This document shows, piece after piece, positions 1 to 9,040 of a DNA stretch of 64,000 nucleotides. The position numbers and the translations under genes were made by a program. The stretch covers positions 711,930 through 775,929 of the forward strand of contig CDRNVI010000039.1 of NCBI GenBank assembly GCA_977017575.1. The letters are read 5' to 3'. Below the pieces are notes generated by a model. That model was not told the DNA's origin. It ran no database searches and saw only the letters and a list, made by a program, of their open reading frames with translations. The DNA is from Paramoeba atlantica. Taxonomy: Eukaryota > Protista > Discosea. How positions within the stretch are numbered: position 1 is the first letter of the stretch; every line of letters starts with the position of its first letter.

Positions 1-127
1 ATACTTCTTGACAATTCCTCCCCTTTTGATGCCTCAAAGTAACGTAAATATAAACGTGATGATGATCGAGAGTCGTGTGCCACACGTAGCACCCCGCATT
101 CCACGAGGTCTAATAAATGTTGTAACA

Positions 128-388
128 ATGGGCCTCGTTACAGAGGATGAATATATAAATGCAACGGCAAGTGTGCCCCGAAGGACACGGAGCCCATGGG
201 CCTCCCAGCACGAATGCTGGGGCGGTGGTACCCCGAAGGGTACGGAGCCCATGGGGCTCGTTACAGAGGATGAATAAATGCAACGGCAAGTGTGTCCCGA
301 AGGAAACGGAGCCCATGAGCCTCCCAGCACGAATGCTGGGGCGGTGGTACCCAGAAGGGTACGGAGCCCATGGTCCTCGTTACAGAGA
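128..388 (-). repeat. ~120-bp tandem repeat (about 2.2 copies) with multiple hairpins
   Basis: Anchor ATGG..CTCGTTACAGAG at 128, 251 and 370. The minus strand shows UUCG-capped hairpins (GTACCC-TTCG-GGGTAC, CAGCA-TTCG-TGCTG). Confidence 0.85.
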
Positions 389-554
389 CTGGAGTATTGC
401 CAGGCCGGGGCCAAGCGAATTGATGCGTGACATTTGCAGGCGTGTAAGATTGTTTAGTTAAATGGAGCTAAATGTAGTAGTTCTACTGGATACTAGAAAC
501 AAGTAGTTCAGTTATATTCTTAAGTTCATAATCGTGCTATAGTTGTGTTGAAAT

Positions 555-623
555 CTTCACCCTCACACTCCGCCTAATATGGCGGTGCCGGGCTTGGGAC
601 CGGTAACAAACGTGTTTATGAAG
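555..623 (-). ncRNA. twister self-cleaving ribozyme (type P1)
   Basis: Minus strand: CUUCA UAA ACAC GU uuguua CCGG UCCCAAGC CCGG ca CCGCC-auauua-GGCGG a GUGU GAGGG UGAAG. P1, L1 (UAA/GAGGG), P2, P4, L4 and P5 fall in the canonical twister order. Confidence 0.85.
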
Positions 624-1111
624 AGTGATAATGTCGGATTCAGTGCTCTGAGAGCAAAAATACGCGAAAAACACCCCATTTTTACCCGAAAATCTGCTAC
701 TTTTGGCGCAAATCCTTCAGTTTTCTTCAGCTTTCCAGGTCAAATTTTCTTTTTTAGGCTCTTCGTTAAACGCGGAGGTAGTTTTCAACGCGAAGCACGC
801 AGCATGAGTGACTTCTTTTGAAATTGTGCAACACTTTCAAAAGTTGCAAAAAAAAATCACAAATTTTTGCGAACGCAGTAATAGGTCATGTTTGGCAGCA
901 ATTAAGAAGAGATCAACGAAGTCAGATGGGATCAACATTCTATTTCTATTTCTATTTGTCAGGCCGTTTGTCCAACTAGGGATATGGCCTCACCAGAGAA
1001 GGCTGGTACGCCCCTTCCAAGATTACTTTGGTGTCTGTTGTGCTCAGTCCGATCGAGAAAAGTCATCGAGTCAGCGACTGATTGGCGTGCACTAAGAACA
1101 CCGATGAACCG

Positions 1112-1406
1112 TACCCTAGTTGCCTGTTGTCTGGTTATCTTGACACCGGGTGGTTCACCACGAGAAAGATCGCTACCCTAGTTGTTTAGTGCCTTGTTAT
1201 GTTGGCACCGGGCAGTCTCTTTACAAAAATATTCCTAACACCCTAGTTATTTAACGTCTCGTTTTGTTGACGCCGGGTGCTGGAATTTCAGAAAGCGATA
1301 GTGTACGCTCACCCTAGTCCTTTAGCGTCTCGTTATGTTGACGCCGGGTGAGTTAGCTCGGGAGGCTGGGATCGCTAAGTCCCATCATCCGACATAAGCC
1401 GGATGC
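1112..1406 (-). mobile_element. 5' part of structured SINE-like element: head plus four 41-bp modules
   Basis: Modules at 1112-1152, 1174-1214, 1239-1279 and 1310-1350. The head matches 51430-51495 and 8441-8500. Confidence 0.7.
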
Positions 1407-1560
1407 TCTGATTGCTCTGGCAGATGCATGTGGGATGATGCGCAAGCGCATCTATGCCGAATTTCAGCTGCTGCTACAGGAACTCAATGGGGAGGTGGTT
1501 TATTCACAACTCAGTGAATACCTCCACAAGGATGGTAAAAGTCGCGCTTGTGCGTTCTAA
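1402..1560 (+). pseudogene. C-terminal fragment of a CRE-like RLE non-LTR ORF
   Basis: Translates DALIALADACGMMRKRIYAEFQLLLQELNGEVVYSQLSEYL...AF*, paralogous to the C-terminus of ORF 30747-31610. Confidence 0.8.
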
Positions 1561-2199
1561 GATGTGTAACGGTGTGCCGCCTGGGATCAACATTGAATTG
1601 AAACAGTTATTAAATTTTCTAAAAAAGACGGAAATAGCAGTTAAACCACATTAAGTATCTACCAAAAAGAACCCTGCAGATCCGATAAGTCGTCAATAAA
1701 TATTCGCCCTTGGGAAATAAACAAAAAAAAAGAGAGAGGTGGATGGCGGGTTAGGGCATTCTATATAACAACGAGCTAAAGGGACAGAACAATGACTGGC
1801 GAAAGGGTGGTCCCCGCGTGGACACTCGTTCGCGTAAGGAAGAGATAAATCTCTTGGCGGTGGAGTTCAGTGTTGATATGTTTTATTGGTTATCTTGTTG
1901 CGGTGGTTGTATAACTACCGCTCTACCCTCGATTATAGAAAGTATCTCCCCGCACGAGAAACGCCTTAGCGCTTGCTGGCTCGGAGACGAACTTGGTGCG
2001 GGGAGATACCATTTCTTTTCAGTGGGAATCTGCCACGCCTGTTGCTTCGTATCTCCCTCGCCCCTTTCAATCTGGGTTATCTCCCAGCTGGCCACCTTTC
2101 CATAACATGGCGATCTGTAACAACACTCTCTAAATGGAACACCAGTGCAGCCACTGGTGGCGCACGGTCTCTCATGTGGGTGTTTCATGTGCAGCCACC

Positions 2200-2790
2200 T
2201 GCACCCACGTTCCACTCTAGCTACACACTGCATCAATACAGTCACCGCCTCACGTGGCAGTACACTTACTCTCGCACTTGCCACTGTAGCTACATTGCAT
2301 TACTTCAGTCACTTCCTCACGTGGCAGTGCACTTACTCTCACACTGCAGTCACTGACTCTCTCACGCGCCACTGCATCTGCACTGCGTTCACTGCCTCAC
2401 GTGGCAGTACACTTACTCTCTCACGTGCCACTGCATCTACACTGCGTTCACTGCCTCACGTGGCAGTACACTTAGAGTACTCTTTCACGTACCACTGTAC
2501 TTACAGTGGTAGTGCACTTACTCTCGCACGTGCCACTGCAGCTGCACTGCATCACTGCAGTCACTTCCTCACGTGGCAGTGCTCTTACTCTCTCACGCGC
2601 CTCTGCAGCTGCACTGCATCAATACAGTCACTGCCTCCCGTGGCAGTACACTAACTCTCTCAAGTGCCACTGCAGCTGCACTGCATCACTGCAGTCACTT
2701 CCTCACGTGGCGGTGCACTTACTCTCGCACATGCCACTGCAGCTACACTGCCGTCACTGACTTTCTCACGCGCCACTGTATCTACAATAA
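2200..2790. repeat. degenerate tandem repeat of about 60-65 bp, rich in CTGCAG/CACGTG/TGCA
   Basis: Recurrent CCTCACGTGGCAGT.CACTTACTCTC.CAC.TGCCACTG.AGCT.CACTGCA units. Confidence 0.75.
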
Positions 2791-2813
2791 AAATTCCCGC
2801 TCACGTCTGTGGC

Positions 2814-2910
2814 CTCCTTTAACCCTGCTTATAGTATAAGCAGGGCAATAATATACCGGTCCAAAGCCCGGGACCCACAAGGACACAGTGGGGAATGGTG
2901 ATGGAAGGAG
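2814..2910 (+). ncRNA. degenerate twister-like ribozyme
   Basis: P1 CUCCUU/AAGGAG, L1 UAA and GAUGG, P4 CCGG/CCGG, L4 UCCAAAGC, P5 CCCAC/GUGGG. P2 is imperfect. Confidence 0.55.
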
Positions 2911-2957
2911 CGAAATAGAAAAGCTAGTCCAAGAAGGTTTGGGTATGAATCCTTACA

Positions 2958-3051
2958 GGGTACGTTCGTTGAGTACTCAACGAAAATCCGACGGTTCGTT
3001 GAGTACTCAACGAAAATCAGGTTTTTCGTTGAGAACTCGACGAACGTACCC
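2958..3051. repeat. three 20-bp palindromes at a 30-bp period inside an outer inverted repeat
   Basis: TTCGTTGAGTACTCAACGAA at 2965 and 2995, imperfect copy at 3025; flanked by GGGTACG...CGTACCC. Confidence 0.85.
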
Positions 3052-3267
3052 CCAAGCCGTGTAGATGTCATTCTGACAACGCAGAATGGGTGGCACCGCC
3101 CGGTACCGAATATAACAAGGTACTAAGAAACTTGGGTGGGTGCCATTCGAGATAAAATTTTATATCCAATTGGCACTCCTGTATACACCACACAGGGGTG
3201 AAAACTTCCATCTGGGCGGGTGTCTAAAATTTGTAAAATACAAATAAATAAACTTAGAATTTTTCAA

Positions 3268-3615
3268 TTAGCGGACACCCGCCTTCCTCCACTCTTTTAC
3301 CGCGGAGGATAGTATCGCGGGGTTGCCTTTTTGAACAGCCACATTAATGGCTTGTAGTGCATGACGCAGGAAACCTTTCCTGTCATACGTATACCTTGCG
3401 ATCTCCTTTAGGAGGAGTACGGTGCGCTTCCCTGCCACACCAAAAACGGTAAATGCAAGGGGGTAGAAATGCATACCCCTTTTCGTGGCCATGTCACTGT
3501 GCGCTTTTACTTTCAAGCTTTCCACCCTTTCTAGAGTGTTGCCAGGCGCTACCCATTCGGCCTTAACATAAGAAGGGGCGAGGGGGACATTCGGGATAAT
3601 CTTTGGAATGTGTTT
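3268..3615 (-). pseudogene. C-terminal RLE-region fragment of a non-LTR retrotransposon
   Basis: K..K.H...FYPLAFTVFGVAG...AINVAVQKGN resembles the end of CRE/R2-type ORFs. Confidence 0.6.
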
Positions 3616-4500
3616 GAATTGCGCTTCGAGGAACATATAAAACAGTAGAAAGAACAATAGAAAGCTTTATAAAATATCACAAATATACTTCCCTCATTTG
3701 CACACTACATTCCTCAGATTTTCTCTTGCCATAAATCCTTTCAGAAAATCTGCATACTTGCTGTAAAGTAGCTAATAAAAACAAGATCACCAATACAACA
3801 TATCAACCCTGAACTCCACCACCAAGAGATTTCTTGGTGGTTCAAAGGAAGTTTTCTTCCTTACGCGAACGGGTGTCCACGCGGGGAATGGTTATGGGGG
3901 TTGGTGGGTGGGGCAAAAAATTTTAAAACTGGAAATGAAAATGTTTTCTATAGATACACGTATACTCAATTCCAAACGCTTCAAATTCTTATGAAAGTCA
4001 TAATAAAGAAATATTATGTGCCCCGCAGGGCCAGTTATCACTCTTATAAACCTCTTGCACAATTCTTTCCGTAAACTTTTAGAATTGCGCTTCGAGGAAC
4101 ATATAAAACAGTAGAAAGAACAATAGAAAGCTTTATAAAATATCACAAATATACTTCCCTTATTCGCACACTACATTCCTCTGATTTTCTCTTGCCATAA
4201 ATCCTTTCAGAAAATCTGCATGCTTGCTGTAAAGTAACCAATAAAAACAAGATCACCAATAAAACATATCAACCCTGAACTCCACTACCAAGAGATTTCT
4301 CTCTTCCTTACGCGAACGTGTGTCCACGCGGGGACCGCAAAAAATTTTAAAACTGGAAATGAAAATGTTTCCTATAGATACACCTATACTCAATTCCAAA
4401 CGCTTCAAATTCTTATGAAAGTCATAATAAAGAAATATTATGTGCCCCGCAGGGCCAGTTATCACTCTTATAAACCTCTTGCACAATTCTTTCCGTAACC
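3616..4500 (-). mobile_element. orphan split-direct-repeat termini (B-j-A-B-A) of a YR retroelement, ~466-bp period
   Basis: GAATTGCGCTTCGAGG at 3616 and 4082; G-rich linker at 3889-3914 like those at 22974 and 46375; junction 4060-4087 resembles the other YR families. An inverted B fragment lies at ~1811-1893. Confidence 0.65.
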
Positions 4501-4509
4501 TTTTTTTTT

Positions 4510-4775
4510 TGGTGTTTTTTTATCCACCCTCAAAAGATAGGGTGGTTTTTTTTTGTCAAGGGGCACCTTATTTGCATTACCTAAGGTGCAGGGGTATAGC
4601 GCACCCCACCTCCCTAGCTGTAACCTAACTCCTCTCCAAGCGGAGGTCAGCCGTAGCTTGTTATGGCTGGCTCTCCGGATACGTCGAAAGACGTATTCGG
4701 ACTGCCCGTTTGGGGAGTTGAGGGGCCATAACGTTTCGGAGTCAAAAGGCCCAATACATCATCATCATCATCATG
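4510..4775 (+). mobile_element. 3' half of SINE-like element with (CAT)n tail
   Basis: Near-identical to the reverse complement of 50943-51200. Confidence 0.8.
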
Positions 4776-4974
4776 AATCCTTTCCAGAAAACAAGAGGGG
4801 GGCGCAGAAAGTGGTTTTGGTCCAGCAGGGTTAAAGGAGGCCACAGACGTGAGCGGGAAGTATGGCGTCACGCACGTGACGCTCACTTCTTGTCTCTCCA
4901 CCGGAGCTCGATCCTTCGCCTTGACGTGGCGCTCCGGCTTACCACCCTTTTGGGTGAACCAAGAAGGGATCAGT

Positions 4975-5440
4975 CACGTAAATTGTACCAGACGCGGTAC
5001 AGAGGGAGAGGGCGACACCCCTGACGGTTTCATAAATAGTACCAGACGCGGTACAGAAGAGTAGGGCGACACCCCTAACGGGTCGCATAAATAGTACCAG
5101 ACGCGGTACAGAAGAATAGGGCGACACCCCTAACGGGTCGCATAAATAGTACCAGACGCGGTACAGAAGAGTCAGGTGACACTCCTGACCGGTCGCATAA
5201 ATAGTACCAGACGCGATACAGAAGAGCAGGACGACACCCGTGACGGGTCGCATGAATAGTACCAGATGCGGTACAGAAGAGTAGGGCTACACCCGTGACG
5301 GGTCGCACAAATAGTACCAGACGCGGTACAGAAGAATAGGGCGACACCCCTGACGGGTCGCATAAACAGCACCAGACGCGGTGCAGAAGGTGAGAACGAC
5401 ACCCCTGTTGGTTACAATAACCGTACCAGACGCGGTAGTA
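4975..5440. repeat. 55-bp tandem repeat, about 8 copies
   Basis: GTACCAGACGCGGTAC recurs at 4985, 5039, 5094, 5149, 5204 and onward. Confidence 0.9.
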
Positions 5441-5893
5441 GGTGGTTCAAAACACGAATTCCATCACAAATGGTACCGTTGACGAAGATTGTTGTTGAAT
5501 GTTGTTAGGCTTTCTATCCCATTCGGGATGTTGCCTCCCCGGAGTAAGCCGAGGTAGCTTTGGGGGAGGCTATTACTCAAAGGTGGATTTTCATCCACCT
5601 TGTCCGCTGAAACTATCTTAACCCTTTCAGGTTGAGACATTCAAATCCAAGGACAGCATGCAAAATCCAAGGACTACATAAGTGTGTTCCGCAGGACCGA
5701 GAGTGGCCTCCCCCGGAGTAGCCGCCCATTACTGCTTGCTGGCATAGTTCGGGAGCGTTGAGTCTCAGCTTCAACAGTTTAGACTCCTCAGCTTCAATGG
5801 ACCAAGTCTTCTAGGGTGTTATACAACAACAACAACAAATACACTGAGTCCTTTTTAGTGGACCAGTTAGGGGCTCTCGAGTAGGTTTTTTTA

Positions 5894-6012
5894 AGAGTAC
5901 AACACTCAGGGTTCCCGAGCGATCGCTCACCTCAGTACTAACTGAGCCTGACGGTGCTTAACTTCACAAAGCGAACGGGATGTGGTGTTTTCACCGTAGT
6001 ATGGTCGTACCC
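5894..6012 (-). rRNA. 5S: 5S rRNA copy 1 (probably retroposed)
   Basis: GGGTACGACCATACT...GTGAAGTTAAGC...GTTAGTAC...GTGTTGTACTCT, 119 nt, matching the recalled trypanosomatid 5S layout. Confidence 0.92.
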
Positions 6013-6024
6013 TTTTTTTTAAAA

Positions 6025-6143
6025 AGAGTACAACACTCAGGGTTCCCGAGCGATCGCTCACCTCGGTACTAACTGAGCCTGACGGTGCTTAACTTCACAA
6101 AGCGAACGGGATGTGGTGTTTTCACCGTAGTATGGTCGTACCC
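6025..6143 (-). rRNA. 5S: 5S rRNA copy 2 (probably retroposed)
   Basis: One substitution versus copy 1; joined to it by only TTTT-AAAAAAAA. Confidence 0.92.
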
Positions 6144-7588
6144 CCGTGCTATACCCCCGAGTGGCCTTGGCTTCTCAGCTTCAAAGGGCTAAACCTCGGC
6201 TTCAAAGGGCTCCTATCTCTCCGAATTCTGACCCTAACCCCGTTTTAATGGGTTATTTGCAAGCCGCAGATGAGCGGTACCCAACCCGAAAAGCGGTATG
6301 AAGTTCCCCTTAGGGGCTCATCTTCAGGTGCATTTCAGGCCTATCCATTACAGGGTCTAGCGTTCACACAGTTTTAGTTCCTTGGGAATGATTTTTTAGT
6401 ACCTCTGTTTAACGTTTGGGTTTTCGTGCTCTTTCTATATTCATCTATTGTCTTTATCCAACTTTTTTTATTCTGGGCTTTCAGTTTCGATGAGCAATCT
6501 GTTGTTATCCCAACTCTTTCCAGTGCAGCTACAAGGCTTCTACTATAGCATGGCAGGCTTCGTTTATATGTATTTCCTCTATTTTGAGTTGATCGATATT
6601 TGCCGAATAGCACTCTGTTCGGGAATCTATCTGGACCCATTCTTGCGACGTGTCCAGCAAACAGTAAACTTCGGGCATCTATTTGTGGCTGGAGTGGGTC
6701 CATTCCTGCGATCGATAGGCATTCCTTCTGGGAGGTATATCTTATTGCATCCTTCGCAGATTCTTGGTGTTGTTTATCATTGGAGTCGCTATTGTCGTTC
6801 TTGACCCATGGTATGCCGAAAGATGTTTTGATGTATCTTATATAGGCGCGGTTGAGTTTCAGATGCTGGGTTTGTGTAAGCGCCCACGTTGAGCTCGCAT
6901 ATAGTAGAATTGGTACTATACAGACTTCTAGGATGTCTTTTCGTTTTCCTTGTGATAGCCTTATCTTTCCACAAGTCTCTAAATTTTCTCATACCTGCGC
7001 AAGCTCTTCCTATTCTGTTTTCTATTTCTTCTTCCAATGAAGCATCTTCACTGATGACTGTTCCAAGGTATGAGAAGTTCCGTACTTGTTCAATAGTTTC
7101 TTCTTGTGCTTTTATCTCGGATGTGTAATACTTTTCAGCTTTGCAAGGTTGAATTACCTGTGTTTTAGTTTTCCTTGTGTTTATCCTTACTCCCCATCGG
7201 TTCATAACCCCTACTACTGACGAAGACTGTACCGTTATCATTCCACCCATGCGACTGCATAAGATGGGATTCCGACAACATTGTATAGATGCTGAAATGA
7301 ATTTTGATAGACCAGACAGAAGCATTTCTTGTTTTTCGAAGTGATTACCGAAACATGAGAAATCCTTTAGATGGTAATTGCGGCACTTTGATCTCGCCCC
7401 GGTGGAGAGACAAGAAATGCTTCTAGGCTCAGCTCTGAAGACTAGAAGCTAACTTCTTGGCTTGACATTGAGGGAGAGTCCTTCATCATCTACTAATGCA
7501 ATGTAGAAATACGAGTGTGATGAAATGTGCCAATATGAATATGATCCACCGCAATATGAGAAAACGTGTAGCCTACATAATTTTATAG

Positions 7589-8440
7589 GTGATATCAAAC
7601 GGTTGCGTACAATTTACATACTATATGTCAGACTCGGAGACGGACATCGCTATACTCAACTGCATCGAGGGCGAGTACAAGGTTCTCGAAAAGTACGTTC
7701 TACTTAATATTATAGAAAAGAAAAGTGGACACCCCTTTTCATTGCTTTACATAACAATTGGCCAAAGCGACATTCCTTCACTCTCTCCGTGCTCAAAGCT
7801 GTGGGAGAAACCATTCCCGATGCTGAAAAACTGGATGTTGCTAGTCTAGTTGAAGACGGCAAATAGGATGACAAAAAGGTGACGGGAAAGCTCCTTCTCG
7901 AAATTGCGCGAAACGCGCTCAATAAGATAGAGGTTGATCGCGCGGACGAAGAAGCGAAACCGAAGATGCATGAGACAAACTCGTCAGAGGAGGGTGTACT
8001 CTTCGCTCTCATCGGAAACTACGCGGCACCTAAACTCTCTCAGACGTTCATTGACTCGATAGCACCACCAGGGGTTATCGCCACCCGACAAAGTTTGGGA
8101 ATGAAAAGGGCGATTGCTGACTCTCTGGAAGTAGGGGAGGAAGCTTTATTGGAAGAACACGCTGTCGGCGGAGCGGGATTGCTGAACGCAAAATGGTTGA
8201 CACGAGGTGTTCATCAAATGGTATGGAAGCTACTGAGCAAGGTAGCGGGAAGGGTGATGAACGGAACGGGGAAGCCATCAAAACCTCATGGGAGACAACG
8301 ATACCGCTAATATTGTACGCAATGCGGTTGCTAAAAAGGCAAAAATGATGTTAACAACGCAGCGGTTGCGCATGAAAAATATAAATGCACTCAACAACAA
8401 TCCATCATTACTGGACAGGAGAGCGTATCTCCCCCCGTAT
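7589..8440 (+). pseudogene. fragmented ORF(s) of unknown origin, possibly the gag N-terminus of the YR element at 10525 onward
   Basis: Three consecutive same-strand ORFs; no motif recognised; position upstream of the zinc knuckles is the only support. Confidence 0.25.
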
Positions 8441-8698
8441 GTCAGGGCATTCGACTTTTGTCGAATGATGGGGCGTAGCGACCCCAGCTTCCCTAGCTAA
8501 CTCACCCGGCGTCGCACAACAAGACGCTACATACCTAGGGTGGGTACGATCAAGGTCCCGCGGATGACGCTACCCGGTGCCAGCAAAACAAGGCACAAAA
8601 TAACTAGGGTAACGGTCACCCAGACATCGCAGCGTGAGAATGACACCGCCCGGTACCGGATATAACAAGGTACTAAGGAACTAGGGTGGGTGTCATTC
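8441..8698 (+). mobile_element. structured SINE-like head plus three 41-nt modules
   Basis: GTCAGGG-CATTCGAC/GTCGAATG-ATGGGG...CCCCA head with compensatory changes relative to the 51500 copy. Confidence 0.7.
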
Positions 8699-9040
8699 AG
8701 CATAATCTTTAGAGTGTGTTGTGTTTTTTCACTTCAAAAGAAGTGTTTTTTTCATAAAGAAGATTTTCTTGTAGTATATAAAAGGGGTTAAAAAAAAAGA
8801 TAAGCTGGCTGCTCGCGCTCGATCTGGTCAAATCTTCGGATTTGACCAGCGTGCTGCGTGGCACAGCTCCTAGCAAGCGATAAGGGGGGGCTTGTTCTAG
8901 GGAGGTAACATCTCCTCGGAGATATAATGCCTAAAAAATCAAAATCATGACCGCGGAAAGAGCGAAAGGAAGTGTCATGCATCAACAAAATTGGGATGGA
9001 AGCATGTCAGGCTCACGAAAAGACCCTTCTCTTTTTTTGA

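Larger units (their letters stand above)
5489..7217 (-). mobile_element. 5'-truncated LINE (family 3) with 9-bp TSD
   Basis: Near-identical to 51991-53390; RT thumb region with frameshifts; TSD TGACGAAGA at 5480-5488 and 7218-7226. Confidence 0.9.

Noticed and set aside
1112-1350. CRISPR array or integron attC array
   Set aside because: Repeats diverge with covariation, spacers are homologous between loci, there are no cas genes, and the context is eukaryotic.
4995-5400. SL-complementary 9-mer GGTACAGAA in the 55-bp repeat
   Set aside because: A single 9-mer (amplified by the repeat) is expected by chance in this much sequence.
6230-6245. Telomeric TTAGGG hexamers
   Set aside because: Isolated single copies within UTRs, no arrays.
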